Below, piece by piece: positions 20,134-29,536 of a stretch of DNA of 64,000 nt (its first letter is position 1; each line of letters opens with the position of its first letter). The translations under genes were made by a program, and so were the position numbers. A model generated the notes under the pieces. That model saw only the letters and a program-made list of their open reading frames with translations, did no database searches and had not been told where the DNA came from. Source of the stretch: Candidatus Anstonellaceae archaeon (GTDB lineage: Archaea; Micrarchaeota; Micrarchaeia; Anstonellales; Anstonellaceae); the NCBI GenBank assembly GCA_038891055.1, contig JAWAEU010000005.1, forward strand, positions 19,330 through 83,329. The letters run 5' to 3'.

Positions 20134-20244
20134 TCCCGCGGGTGTGAGTTGAACACACAACCTTCCGGTAACTATTTACCTATTACACATTTGTAATAGA
20201 CTGTTAATCTACAGCCGGACGCTCTACCATTGAGCTACCGCGGG
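20134..20244 (-). tRNA. tRNA-Tyr (anticodon GTA) with a 39-40 nt intron at the canonical 37/38 position
   Basis: Minus strand: acceptor CCCGCGG/CCGCGGG (C1:G72, the archaeal/eukaryal Tyr identity pair), D-arm GCTC-AATGGT-AGAGC, anticodon stem TCCGG...CCGGA, loop CTGTAG|intron|A. The intron contains a perfect 8-bp hairpin CTATTACA-aatg-TGTAATAG. T-arm GTGTG-TTCAACT-CACAC; discriminator A. Confidence 0.75.
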
Positions 20245-20309
20245 TTTAAAATCATATAAATATTTTTATATTATATCGAGATTTTTTAAATATTTACCTA
20301 AAGTGGTGG

Positions 20310-20822
20310 TTAGGGCTGTAATTTTAATTTTATATATCTATCTATTAATTCATCTGTTTCCTCAATTCTTTTTTGAATTTGTATAATCAACTCTTTTTCT
20401 TCTCTACTATCTGCCTCATTTATTAAAATTTCCTTTATCTCAAAGAATTTTTTTCTTATCTGCTGGAAATTCTCTTTTAATTGTTTTAAATATTGCTCAG
20501 AGGATCTATGTTGTTTTGTTATTGCCAAAATTTTTATAAATTCCTCAGAATCTTTTGCAATTGTTTTATTAGTAATATTTTTATTAAAAAATTCTAAGTA
20601 TCTAAGTATGGTTATATTATTCTTTATGTCATGTATTATATAAGCTGTTTTTTTCTCTAAATCATTGCTGCTTTTTGTGCTATTTTCTTTTCTCGCCTCA
20701 GTGGCACTAGATGTATTTAAATTTTTCTTAAACATTTTCTTCCCCACAATAAAGCTAAGTAAATAAAATAATATACTATAATTTATTTTAGTTTTCAAGA
20801 TTTTTAAACATGTATGGTCCAA
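20310..20822 (-). CDS. hypothetical protein (coiled-coil-like, Lys/Glu-rich)
   Basis: 170 aa ORF. The annotated start overlaps the 3' end of elp3 by 35 nt. An alternative in-frame ATG at 20735 (MFKKNL...) removes the overlap. No recognisable motif. Confidence 0.35.
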   Translation of the reverse strand: MDHTCLKILKTKINYSILFYLLSFIVGKKMFKKNLNTSSATEARKENSTKSSNDLEKKTAYIIHDIKNNITILRYLEFFNKNITNKTIAKDSEEFIKILAITKQHRSSEQYLKQLKENFQQIRKKFFEIKEILINEADSREEKELIIQIQKRIEETDELIDRYIKLKLQP

Positions 20823-22374
20823 CTAAACTATAGCCAAATTTTTTATAATATTCTCTTACTCCAACTCCAGATAAAATTATCATTTTTGTTTTTTTCTCTT
20901 TTAGAGCTACTTCCTCTGCCTTTTGTAAAAGATTTTTTCCCAATCCCCTGTGTTGAATAGCATTTTCTCTTTCTGTCCCTATTTCTACTTCTGACCCATA
21001 AACATGTAATTCTCTTATAAGTGCAGTTTGGTGGTCTATTTCTTTTCTATAAGGATTGTTTGGAATTCTCAATCTTATAAAGCCTGCAATAAGGTCTAGT
21101 TCTTTATCTTCATAACTAATAAAATATTCTGTTCCACCAGAGGCTTTGTATTTTCTTACCACTAACTCTAATTCTAATTTTTCAATTTTATTTTCTTTAT
21201 TTTGTCTATAGAGTGAAAAGACTTCTCTACAGCGTATGCATCTACATTTCAATCCTCGTTCTTCTAACCAATTTTGTACCATTTGATGCAAATTACCAGA
21301 TTTTACTCCAGCAACTATTTTATTTGCAGGAATATCTCTCTGCATCCTCATTACTCTTAGCCAAGGAGGAAAGTATTTTGTCGCAAGTCCAATTCTCTCT
21401 ACAGCCTCTTGGGTATCTATTGGCTGGAATTTTCCCCTTTTATATTCTTCGTACAATTTAGTATTTTCAATCACCAAGCAAGGATAAATTTTTAGCATAT
21501 CTGGTTTGTAATTTTGGTCTAAAAACATTTTCTTAAGCATCCGAATATCTTTTTTTCTATCAGAATATAATCCAGGCATAAAGTGATAGCAAACCTTAAA
21601 AGCCGAGTCTTTTAAAAGTGCAGTAGCCTCAATAATTTCTTTTTGTCCATGCCCCCTCTTCACCTTTTTTAGTATTCTATCATCTAAGCTCTGCACTCCT
21701 AATTCCACTCTGGTACAACCAAATTCTAGCATTCTGTTTATATGTTGTTTTTTACACCAATCAGGCCTAGTTTCAATAGTTAGTCCAACTACTCGATGAA
21801 TAGCAGTTTCATTTATCTTTTTTGCTTCTTCTAAGTTAGCGGATTTTCTAAAATTAAAAGCATCATAGCACTCTTTTATAAATTCGTATTGATAATTTAG
21901 AGGAATTGCTAAAAATGTACCCCCCATTATTATCAATTCGCATTTTTGATTTGGTTGTCCTAAAGCTGCATATTGTTCTAATCTTGTATGTATTTGTTTA
22001 GTCGCACTATAATTGCTTTTTATAGCTCTCATTGTGGCAGGCTCAAAGCCAGTGTAGGATTTAGGAGCGTTTTCTCCCTGGGGGCAATAGGTACACTGCC
22101 CAGGACATTTAAATGGCTTTGGCATTATAGCTACTGGAGTTACACCAGAACCAGTTCTAGTTAGTCTTGTTCTCAATTTTTTTACGACTCTTTCATCTAT
22201 TTTTTTATGCCTTTTTTGTAGCAACCACAAAATATGGGAATTTTGCATTAGCCTAACTTTGTGTTTTTGAGCTAGGCGTTTTTTTAGCTCATTAATCTCT
22301 ATATCTTCATTATTTGTAATTATTTCTAAAAATTCATCTAAGAAACTCTCTAAACCTTTTGTCATAACTTTCAC
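20788..22374 (-). CDS. elp3: Elongator subunit Elp3 homolog (radical-SAM + GNAT), tRNA U34 carboxymethyluridine synthase
   Basis: 528 aa. Radical-SAM 'CPGQCTYCP', long SAM domain, C-terminal GNAT domain ('HRGLGKNLLQKAE'). Organisation is typical of archaeal Elp3. Confidence 0.9.
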   Translation of the reverse strand: MKVMTKGLESFLDEFLEIITNNEDIEINELKKRLAQKHKVRLMQNSHILWLLQKRHKKIDERVVKKLRTRLTRTGSGVTPVAIMPKPFKCPGQCTYCPQGENAPKSYTGFEPATMRAIKSNYSATKQIHTRLEQYAALGQPNQKCELIIMGGTFLAIPLNYQYEFIKECYDAFNFRKSANLEEAKKINETAIHRVVGLTIETRPDWCKKQHINRMLEFGCTRVELGVQSLDDRILKKVKRGHGQKEIIEATALLKDSAFKVCYHFMPGLYSDRKKDIRMLKKMFLDQNYKPDMLKIYPCLVIENTKLYEEYKRGKFQPIDTQEAVERIGLATKYFPPWLRVMRMQRDIPANKIVAGVKSGNLHQMVQNWLEERGLKCRCIRCREVFSLYRQNKENKIEKLELELVVRKYKASGGTEYFISYEDKELDLIAGFIRLRIPNNPYRKEIDHQTALIRELHVYGSEVEIGTERENAIQHRGLGKNLLQKAEEVALKEKKTKMIILSGVGVREYYKKFGYSLVGPYMFKNLEN

Positions 22375-22382
22375 TTTTTATT

Positions 22383-23246
22383 CTATTCAAAAAAAGCTCC
22401 AATAATTCCAGGAATTGAATAAAATAAAAATTGCATTGGGGGGAATAAAATTACTCCATGATTCAAAGCTCTATATTCTGTTATAAGGTCACTTTTTATT
22501 ACAAAGTCTATTTTTTGCTCCCAAGAAATTTTAGGGGAGGAGATGGACTTTACTTCTAATAATACAGTATAACTTCCGGCTGTAGGTTCAATAAACTCAA
22601 AAACAATATTTCTACTTTCTTTTTGAGGGATATATACATATTTTTCAAATTCCCATTGTTTTACTCCTTTTAGAGAAACTATAAAAACATCTTTAGCATT
22701 TCCAATATTTTGCACTTCTACTACAAATCTTGCAGGTTGAGCTGCACCAACTATTTTTGGTTTTTGTAAGATATTCCCTTTTATTATACTTTTATTGATT
22801 TTAACTTTTAGTCCAAATATAAACTTACCTCCAATATTTTCTTGATTTTTTTCGTCTATCACTTCTATTTCTATTTCATATTCTCCATCTTCAGCATCTT
22901 TTGGCGAGGTTATCTCCAAAACCATAGGATTTGCATAAATTTTAGAAGGAGTTGCTTTCCAGCCAGGAGGCATTTTAGTCACATAAGCCAGATCCCACTG
23001 GCCCAAAAACTCATTATTAGGTCCTCTCACAATAGGATTTATTTTTATTGCAAAGGTTTGTCCAGGCCCAACTTCCCCATATTCTATGCTTTGATACAAT
23101 CCTACAACCTTTTTTGGAAATATTAACTCAATATTGTTAGCAGAATATAAAATTTGAGAAAATATAAATAAAAAAAATAAAACTTTCAAAATAACTTTTG
23201 TCATATTAGAAATTTGTTGTTTTATAATTATAAATCTTTTTATCAA
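22383..23246 (-). CDS. secreted protein with two Ig/CARDB-like beta-sandwich repeats and C-terminal hydrophobic anchor
   Basis: 287 aa. Signal-like N-terminus (alternative start MTKVILKVLFF at 23204), two repeats ending 'GEYEIEIEVID' / 'GSYTVLLEVKS', hydrophobic C-terminus 'FLFYSIPGIIGAFFE'. Confidence 0.45.
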   Translation of the reverse strand: MIKRFIIIKQQISNMTKVILKVLFFLFIFSQILYSANNIELIFPKKVVGLYQSIEYGEVGPGQTFAIKINPIVRGPNNEFLGQWDLAYVTKMPPGWKATPSKIYANPMVLEITSPKDAEDGEYEIEIEVIDEKNQENIGGKFIFGLKVKINKSIIKGNILQKPKIVGAAQPARFVVEVQNIGNAKDVFIVSLKGVKQWEFEKYVYIPQKESRNIVFEFIEPTAGSYTVLLEVKSISSPKISWEQKIDFVIKSDLITEYRALNHGVILFPPMQFLFYSIPGIIGAFFE

Positions 23247-23257
23247 TATAGCTGTAT

Positions 23258-23806
23258 ATGCGATGTTTTATTGCTTGTTGTCTTGATCCAAACTCTATAA
23301 AAGCAATAGAGGAATTTCAACGAGAATTAAAAAAACAAGATAGTAGGTGGAGATTTACACCATCGCAAAAACTACATCTAACTTTTTTATTTTTGGGAAA
23401 TAATGTTTCTGAAAACGATATAAAATCTATAGAAGAAAAACTTCAAAAAATTTCTTTGGAGTTTAAAGCCTTCGAGGCTTTTGCAAAAGGTTTTGGAGCA
23501 TTTCCAAAACCACATTTTGCTTCAGTTCTTTGGTGTAGTCTAAACTCTGACAATTTATATTTATTGGCCAGTAGAATAAGAAGAGAACTTAGTCTACTAT
23601 CTTTTAAAGATGACAAAGAATTTAGTCCACATGTAACAATAGCAAGGTCGAATAAAAAATTAGATGCAACTACTCTAATAAAAAAATATAAAGATATTGT
23701 GTGGAGCAAACAAAATTGTATAATTGACAATATTTGTCTTTTTCAAAGTATTCCAAATAAAGAAGGATATATTTACAAAATAATAAAAAAATTTGTTATG
23801 GTATAA
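23258..23806 (+). CDS. thpR: RNA 2',3'-cyclic phosphodiesterase (ThpR/LigT, 2H phosphoesterase)
   Basis: 182 aa with two HxT/Sx motifs ('HLTFLFLG' and 'HVTIARS') at the expected spacing. Confidence 0.8.
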   Translation: MRCFIACCLDPNSIKAIEEFQRELKKQDSRWRFTPSQKLHLTFLFLGNNVSENDIKSIEEKLQKISLEFKAFEAFAKGFGAFPKPHFASVLWCSLNSDNLYLLASRIRRELSLLSFKDDKEFSPHVTIARSNKKLDATTLIKKYKDIVWSKQNCIIDNICLFQSIPNKEGYIYKIIKKFVMV

Positions 23807-23836
23807 TTTTTAAGTTTTATTTGGGATTGTTGTTTT

Positions 23837-25189
23837 ATGGAAAATTTATTATCGAAAGTGAAACAAAAATTAAAGCCATCAAAAAAATTGCAAGGAGAAT
23901 TATCTAATTTAGTGAATCTAATTCATCAGAGGCTTCAAAAAGTTCTTCCAGCTGATGTAGAGATATTACTCTGTGGGTCAGTTGCAAAAGGCACTTATTT
24001 AAATAAAAACATCGATATTGACTTCTTTTTGCTCTTTGGCCCAAATTATTCTTCTGAGGAAATAAAAAGACTTGGAATTTATTATGCAAAAAAGGCTTTT
24101 GGCGGATTTAAAACAGAAGTGAGATATGCTCAACATCCTTATTTAAAAGTCTTTTATAAAGAGTTTAAAATAGATATAGTGCCATCCTCAAAATCTTTGA
24201 ATATAACCAAAATAAAAACGGCAGTGGATAGATCGCAGCTTCATACTATTTTTATAAACCAGAATTTAAAAGAAGAACAAAAAGATGATGTTAGGTTGCT
24301 AAAAAAGTTTTTAGAAAATTTAGGTATTTATGGTGCCTCTTTAAGAGTGGAAGGATTTTCAGGTTATTTGTGCGAACTTTTAATTTTATATTATGGTTCT
24401 TTTTTAGAAGTCCTAAAAGCAGCAAGTAAGTGGAAAAAATTTACAGTTATCGATATAAAAAATTATTATTCTGAAGAAGAAGCAATAAAAATTTTTCAAC
24501 CTGCGAATTTTATAGTGGTGGATCCAGTTGATAAAAATAGAAACGTAGCAGCAGTTGTTTCAAGGACATCTTTTTCAAGATTTGTATTGGCAGCTAGAAA
24601 ATTTTTATCAAGGCCATCTATCAAATATTTCTTTCCTAACACACGAAAGATAAAAATTTCAACTCTAAAAAAAATAATTGATAAGAGAAAATCAAATATT
24701 TTGGTTTTAAAATTCAAAAGCCCTGATTTAGTAGAAGATATTTTATGGCCCCAATTAAAAAAACTTTGTCTTTCAATAGTTTGGAATTTAGAAAAAGAAG
24801 AATTTAGAGTTATTGATTATTATTTTTATGCAGATGTTCAAAACTGCTATATCCTCCTAGAACTTCTTGACTTTCAATTACCAAAAATAAAACATATTGT
24901 GGGTCCAGAAATTTTTGACCAAGAAAATGTTGAGGGGTTTATAAAGAAGCACAAAAAAGCTCTTAATATACACCCAGAACATCATCAATTGGTAGCGATA
25001 GAAAAAAGAAAAATTTGCACCCCGATTGAACTTATAAAAATAATTATAAAAAATAAATCTAAATTTGGAATACCAAAGGGCCTTTATAATGTTTTATCTA
25101 AAGCAAAAGTATTTAGTCCAAAGGAACTTCTAAGAGATAAAACTTTTTTCTATATTGCTTGTGATTACTTTTTAAGAAAGATAAATTAA
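23837..25189 (+). CDS. cca: CCA-adding tRNA nucleotidyltransferase, archaeal class I
   Basis: 450 aa. Nucleotidyltransferase motif 'LCGSVAKGTYL...DIDFFLLF', with size and domain order of archaeal Cca. Confidence 0.85.
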   Translation: MENLLSKVKQKLKPSKKLQGELSNLVNLIHQRLQKVLPADVEILLCGSVAKGTYLNKNIDIDFFLLFGPNYSSEEIKRLGIYYAKKAFGGFKTEVRYAQHPYLKVFYKEFKIDIVPSSKSLNITKIKTAVDRSQLHTIFINQNLKEEQKDDVRLLKKFLENLGIYGASLRVEGFSGYLCELLILYYGSFLEVLKAASKWKKFTVIDIKNYYSEEEAIKIFQPANFIVVDPVDKNRNVAAVVSRTSFSRFVLAARKFLSRPSIKYFFPNTRKIKISTLKKIIDKRKSNILVLKFKSPDLVEDILWPQLKKLCLSIVWNLEKEEFRVIDYYFYADVQNCYILLELLDFQLPKIKHIVGPEIFDQENVEGFIKKHKKALNIHPEHHQLVAIEKRKICTPIELIKIIIKNKSKFGIPKGLYNVLSKAKVFSPKELLRDKTFFYIACDYFLRKIN

Positions 25190-25236
25190 AAAAAGTTAAA
25201 TTTATAAAACTCTAATTCTTTAATAATTAGAGAGAT

Positions 25237-25728
25237 ATGAATAATAAAACGGTTGGAATATTGTTACTTATAATTTCTATACTGGTTGGCTTAATAATAT
25301 TTTTATTTAATAGAGCATTAGTAGAAATAGTAAACACCTCTTGCTCTCATGGCCCAACTTGTCCAATGTGGGGCAGTATAGATTTTCATACCAACATTAG
25401 TTTATTACTTTTGAGCATAATTTTTATTCTTAGCATTTATTTCTTATTCTTTGCAAAAGAAGAAAAGAAAGTTGTTGTGAAATATGAAAAAAAATCTAAA
25501 CTCCCTAATCAAAAAAATTATTCTAAAATTTTTTCTACTCTAAGCAAGGAAGAGAAATTGATCTTTCAAAAGATATTAGATTCAAATGGGGCTATATTAC
25601 AATCAGATTTAGTAGACAATAATTTTTCAAAAGTAAAGATAACCAGAATTTTAGACAAATTAGAAGGAAAGGGGCTTGTGGAGAGAAAGAGAAGAGGAAT
25701 GTCCAATATAGTAATATTAAAAAACTAA
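25237..25728 (+). CDS. membrane-tethered winged-helix (MarR/TrmB-like) transcription regulator candidate with extracytoplasmic Cys pair
   Basis: 163 aa. Two TM helices flank the short loop 'NTSCSHGPTCPMWG'. The C-terminal 70 aa resemble a wHTH ('KVKITRILDKLEGKGLVERKRRG'). First gene of the metal locus. Confidence 0.5.
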   Translation: MNNKTVGILLLIISILVGLIIFLFNRALVEIVNTSCSHGPTCPMWGSIDFHTNISLLLLSIIFILSIYFLFFAKEEKKVVVKYEKKSKLPNQKNYSKIFSTLSKEEKLIFQKILDSNGAILQSDLVDNNFSKVKITRILDKLEGKGLVERKRRGMSNIVILKN

Positions 25729-25805
25729 TTAATTGAAACTAGTTTCAAACTAATTTTTTACAATGGTTTTTAAGCAGTTTCAAACCCTATTTTAGTGGTG
25801 TTTTA

Positions 25806-26651
25806 ATGGAAAAAGAAAATATTAAAAATTCCCAAATAGATGATAAACTTTGTTGTGGGAAGTTAAATTCTAATAAGAAAGAAGAAAACGCAACCAATTC
25901 CATTTTTGCCTCAGTTATGGCTGCTCTAATTCCTCACTCTTTTTGCATAGCCTTTATTTTAGCTTCTATTTTAGGAGTTAGTTTTGCAATAGAAATACTA
26001 AAGCCATTTTTATTAGATAGGAACTTCTTTTATTACTTAATAATTTTCTCAATAGTCGCCTCAACACTTTCTGCAATATTTTATCTACGTTCAAACTCCC
26101 TTTTGTCAATACAAGGAGTAAAAAAGAAATGGAAATATTTGCTTACTTTATATGGTTCGACCATTTTTGTAAATTTAATTTTATTTTTATTTATATTCCC
26201 TCTAGCAACTAATATCTCTTTAGAGTCATCATCTCCTTTATCCCTTTCAAACTCTAACAAAACTATGTCTGCTCTTTCATCCAATCCCCAATCAGATCTT
26301 CTAGAAGTAATAAAGATTCAAGTTGATATACCTTGCTCAGGACATGCTACGTTAATTTCAGAGGAGTTAAAAAAGCTCTTTGGAGTTAAATCTGTAAGAT
26401 TTGATTTTCCAAATTATTTTACAATATCTTTTGATTCTTCACAGACAACTAAGGATCAAATTCTCTCTCTAGAAATTTTTAGAACTTATCCAGCAATTTT
26501 AATTCAAGAGAATTCAAATTTTACCAACCAAAAGAAAGATAGCTTAGAGTCAGCCTCTCTTAGTTCTACTACTAAAGATAACTTATCTCTCTCTTGCGCT
26601 ATTAGTCTTAGCAGTTGTGGCTGTGGCTGTTCCCAGAATAATAAAAATTAG
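25806..26651 (+). CDS. Cys-rich polytopic membrane protein with HMA-like (ferredoxin-fold) domain; possible MerT/MerP-like metal uptake or handover component
   Basis: 281 aa. N-terminal 'KLCCGK', three TM helices, then a beta-alpha-beta-beta-alpha-beta-like segment 'IQVDIPCSGHATLISEELKKLFGVKSVRFD...' with a Cys-Gly-His metal-site variant, and a C-terminal 'SSCGCGCSQ' tail. Confidence 0.45.
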   Translation: MEKENIKNSQIDDKLCCGKLNSNKKEENATNSIFASVMAALIPHSFCIAFILASILGVSFAIEILKPFLLDRNFFYYLIIFSIVASTLSAIFYLRSNSLLSIQGVKKKWKYLLTLYGSTIFVNLILFLFIFPLATNISLESSSPLSLSNSNKTMSALSSNPQSDLLEVIKIQVDIPCSGHATLISEELKKLFGVKSVRFDFPNYFTISFDSSQTTKDQILSLEIFRTYPAILIQENSNFTNQKKDSLESASLSSTTKDNLSLSCAISLSSCGCGCSQNNKN

Positions 26652-26685
26652 TTTTTGATTTTTTTAGCAAAAGTGGGGGAAATTT

Positions 26686-27222
26686 ATGAACAAAACTATA
26701 TTTTTTATAATTCTTCTAACAATTTTTTTTATAGTTCTAATTGTTTTGGGAAATGGTTTTGGCATTTTTGGCTCTTTTGGTAGTTCTAATAAATTTAATT
26801 TGAAAAAACCATCCATAAATTTTCAAAATTCTATTTTTAAAAATTCTACTCTCCCAAATAATTTCGATTTAGATAAATATATAGTAATTCCTCTTCAAGA
26901 GATTTCTACTAAAGCTAAATGGTATAACTATAGTTTTAGTGGAAAAAACATACGGTTTTTTGTTTTAAAGACTTCTAGTGGTTCTATAAAAGCAGCTTTT
27001 GATGCTTGTGATGTATGTTATTTATCAAATAAAGGTTATAGACAAGAAGGAAATTTTATGGTCTGTAATAATTGTGGCAATAAGTTTCCTATTGAGCAGC
27101 TAGGAAAAGAAAATAATCTTAGTGGAGGCTGCCGGCCAGGTTATTTAAAGTTTAGAATTTTAGGAGATTATTTACTTATAGAAAAATCCATTTTAGAAGA
27201 AGGTAGGTGGAGATTTTCTTAA
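26686..27222 (+). CDS. N-terminally membrane-anchored protein with CxxC...CxxC zinc-ribbon / rubredoxin-like metal-binding domain
   Basis: 178 aa. One TM helix, then 'DACDVCY...(20 aa)...CNNCGNKF' plus 'GGCRPGY'. Immediately upstream of and co-directional with copA. Confidence 0.45.
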   Translation: MNKTIFFIILLTIFFIVLIVLGNGFGIFGSFGSSNKFNLKKPSINFQNSIFKNSTLPNNFDLDKYIVIPLQEISTKAKWYNYSFSGKNIRFFVLKTSSGSIKAAFDACDVCYLSNKGYRQEGNFMVCNNCGNKFPIEQLGKENNLSGGCRPGYLKFRILGDYLLIEKSILEEGRWRFS

Positions 27223-27223
27223 G

Positions 27224-29428
27224 GTGAAAGATTTGATCGAAAGAAAATTTATCATAAATAAAATGCATTGCGCTTCTTGCGCACAAACTATCGAAAAAGC
27301 TTTAAAAAACTTAAAAGGAGTCTTTGATTGTTCTGTAAGTTTTGCCAATTCTAATGCAATTGTATCTTTTGACGATACTTTAATAACAGAAGACCAGATC
27401 ATAAATAAAATAGAGGGCTTGGGATACGAGGCATTAATTGCAGACGAGCAAAATTATTTTGAACTTCAAAAAATAAATCGAAATCTTGAAATTTATAATT
27501 TAAAAAAACTTTTAGTTTTATCCTCTATTTTTACTTTTTTAATATTTCTAATCTCTATGCCATTCAAATGGTTTGAAATCAAAATTCCATTTGAATTAGA
27601 ACTCTTGGTTATTAGTGCATCAATTGTACAATTTATAGTTGGGGCTCGATTTTATAAAAGTGCTTTTGTGGCTTTTAAAAACAAAACAATAAATATGGAT
27701 ACCCTTGTTGTTATTGGAACTTCTGCAGCTTACTTTTATAGTCTCTATCTTTTATTAATAGGAAAAACAGAAATGCTTTATTTTGAAACTTCAGCAGTAT
27801 TAATCACCTTTATTTTGATTGGAAATTATCTAGTTAGTCTTTCAAGGTCAAAAGCCTATGAGGCTCTTGAAAAATTAGTCTCATTGCAGCCAAAAATAGT
27901 TAGAATACTTAAAAAAGGAGAAGAATTAGAAATCCCAATAGAACAAGTCAAAGTTGATGATATTGTAGTTGTAAAACCAGGCGAGAGAATTTCTGTAGAT
28001 GGAGTAGTAGTAAAAGGATATTCTTCTGTTGATGAATCAATGATTAGTGGGGAAAGTTTACCTGTTGAAAAGACTGTAGGAAAAAAAGTTTTTGCAGGGA
28101 CTCTAAATCAGAGAGGTTATTTGCACATAAAAGTTAGTCGAGTAGGAAAAGAAGTCTTATTAAATCAGATAATAAATTTGGTGTTTACAGCCCAACAAAA
28201 GAAACCTCCTGTTCAACAATTTGCTGATAAAATCAGCTCGGTATTTGTGCCTTTTGTTTTGTTAGTAGCAATTTTTAGTTCAGCTTACTGGTTTTCAGTT
28301 GGAAAAAGTTTTGAGTTTGTTTTGGAAGTATTTGTATCTGTTTTAATTATAGCATGTCCTTGTACTTTGGGTCTTGCAACTCCACTTGCCCTAATAGTGG
28401 GTAGTTCAAAAGCCTCAAAAAGTGGAATATTAATAAAAGAGCCAGCAGCTTTAGAGAGAGCACGAGAGATAAATACCGTAGTCTTTGACAAGACAGGTAC
28501 TCTAACAGAAGGAAAACCGAAAGTTGCAGATATAATTCCATTTAAAATAGAGGAGAAAAATGTATTATTTTATGCAGCTATAGCAGAGAGGAGTTCTGAG
28601 CATCCTCTTGCTGATGCAATTTTGTCTAAAGCTAAAGATTTAAATACTCCAATCCCATATCCAACCAAGTTTAAAATTTTTCCATCCAGGGGTATTTTTT
28701 GTAAATTCAAAAACAACAATATTTTGTTTGGAAATAAAAAACTCATGTCTCTTTTTAAGTTGAAATTAAGCAGAGAAATTTTAAAAGTTATTAAAAGGTT
28801 AGAATCTGAAGGAAAGACAGTAATGTTATTAGCCTTAAACAAAAAGGTAGTCGGTATAATTAGTGCAATCGACAGACTAAGACCAACAGCCGCCGAAGCT
28901 ATAAAAAAACTCCAGCAAAATAATATGGAAGTAATTCTTTTAACTGGGGATAATCATAGGACTGCAACGGCCATAGCAAAAGAGCTCAATATTGATCAAA
29001 AAAATGTTATTGCAGAGGTACTTCCAACACAAAAAGCTTATCAAATAGAAAAACTCATAAGCAATGGAAGGAAAGTAGCTATGGTTGGGGATGGAATAAA
29101 TGATTCACCTGCCCTATCTAAAGCAAATCTCTCGATTGTTATGGGTTGTGGTTCAGATATCTCAATAGAAATTGGGCATATCATTTTGTTAAGAAATGAT
29201 CCAAAAGATGTATTAGTAGCTTTAGATATTAGTAATAAAATTTTTGAAAAAATAAAACAAAACTTTTTCTGGGCATTTATTTACAACATTTTAGGAATTT
29301 TGTTCGCAGCAGGTTTTTTTTATTCTTTCTTTGGAATTTTATTAAGCCCAATGATAGCAGGCCTGGCAATGAGCTTGAGCTCAGTTAGTGTAGTTTTAAA
29401 TTCATTTTCTCTTAAATATTCCAAATAA
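27224..29428 (+). CDS. copA: copper(I)/silver-translocating P1B-type ATPase CopA
   Basis: 734 aa. N-terminal HMA '[11 protein letters not shown]', TM 'CPC' motif ('[12 protein letters not shown]'), 'DKTGTLT', '[10 protein letters not shown]'. It uses a GTG (or nearby) start. Confidence 0.9.
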   Translation: MKDLIERKFIINKMHCASCAQTIEKALKNLKGVFDCSVSFANSNAIVSFDDTLITEDQIINKIEGLGYEALIADEQNYFELQKINRNLEIYNLKKLLVLSSIFTFLIFLISMPFKWFEIKIPFELELLVISASIVQFIVGARFYKSAFVAFKNKTINMDTLVVIGTSAAYFYSLYLLLIGKTEMLYFETSAVLITFILIGNYLVSLSRSKAYEALEKLVSLQPKIVRILKKGEELEIPIEQVKVDDIVVVKPGERISVDGVVVKGYSSVDESMISGESLPVEKTVGKKVFAGTLNQRGYLHIKVSRVGKEVLLNQIINLVFTAQQKKPPVQQFADKISSVFVPFVLLVAIFSSAYWFSVGKSFEFVLEVFVSVLIIACPCTLGLATPLALIVGSSKASKSGILIKEPAALERAREINTVVFDKTGTLTEGKPKVADIIPFKIEEKNVLFYAAIAERSSEHPLADAILSKAKDLNTPIPYPTKFKIFPSRGIFCKFKNNNILFGNKKLMSLFKLKLSREILKVIKRLESEGKTVMLLALNKKVVGIISAIDRLRPTAAEAIKKLQQNNMEVILLTGDNHRTATAIAKELNIDQKNVIAEVLPTQKAYQIEKLISNGRKVAMVGDGINDSPALSKANLSIVMGCGSDISIEIGHIILLRNDPKDVLVALDISNKIFEKIKQNFFWAFIYNILGILFAAGFFYSFFGILLSPMIAGLAMSLSSVSVVLNSFSLKYSK

Positions 29429-29536
29429 TTAATTTATCTGCTTATCAAGCTTTTCCCAACGGGCCTTTTTCCCCTAACCAAAAAATTTATATTTTATTCT
29501 TCTATTATTAAATTAAAATATAAAAAAGGTGACCAG

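Noticed and set aside
20788-20822. 35-nt same-strand overlap between elp3 3' end and the 170-aa ORF start
   Set aside because: Not treated as programmed frameshifting. An internal ATG at 20735 gives a non-overlapping start and there is no slippery heptamer.
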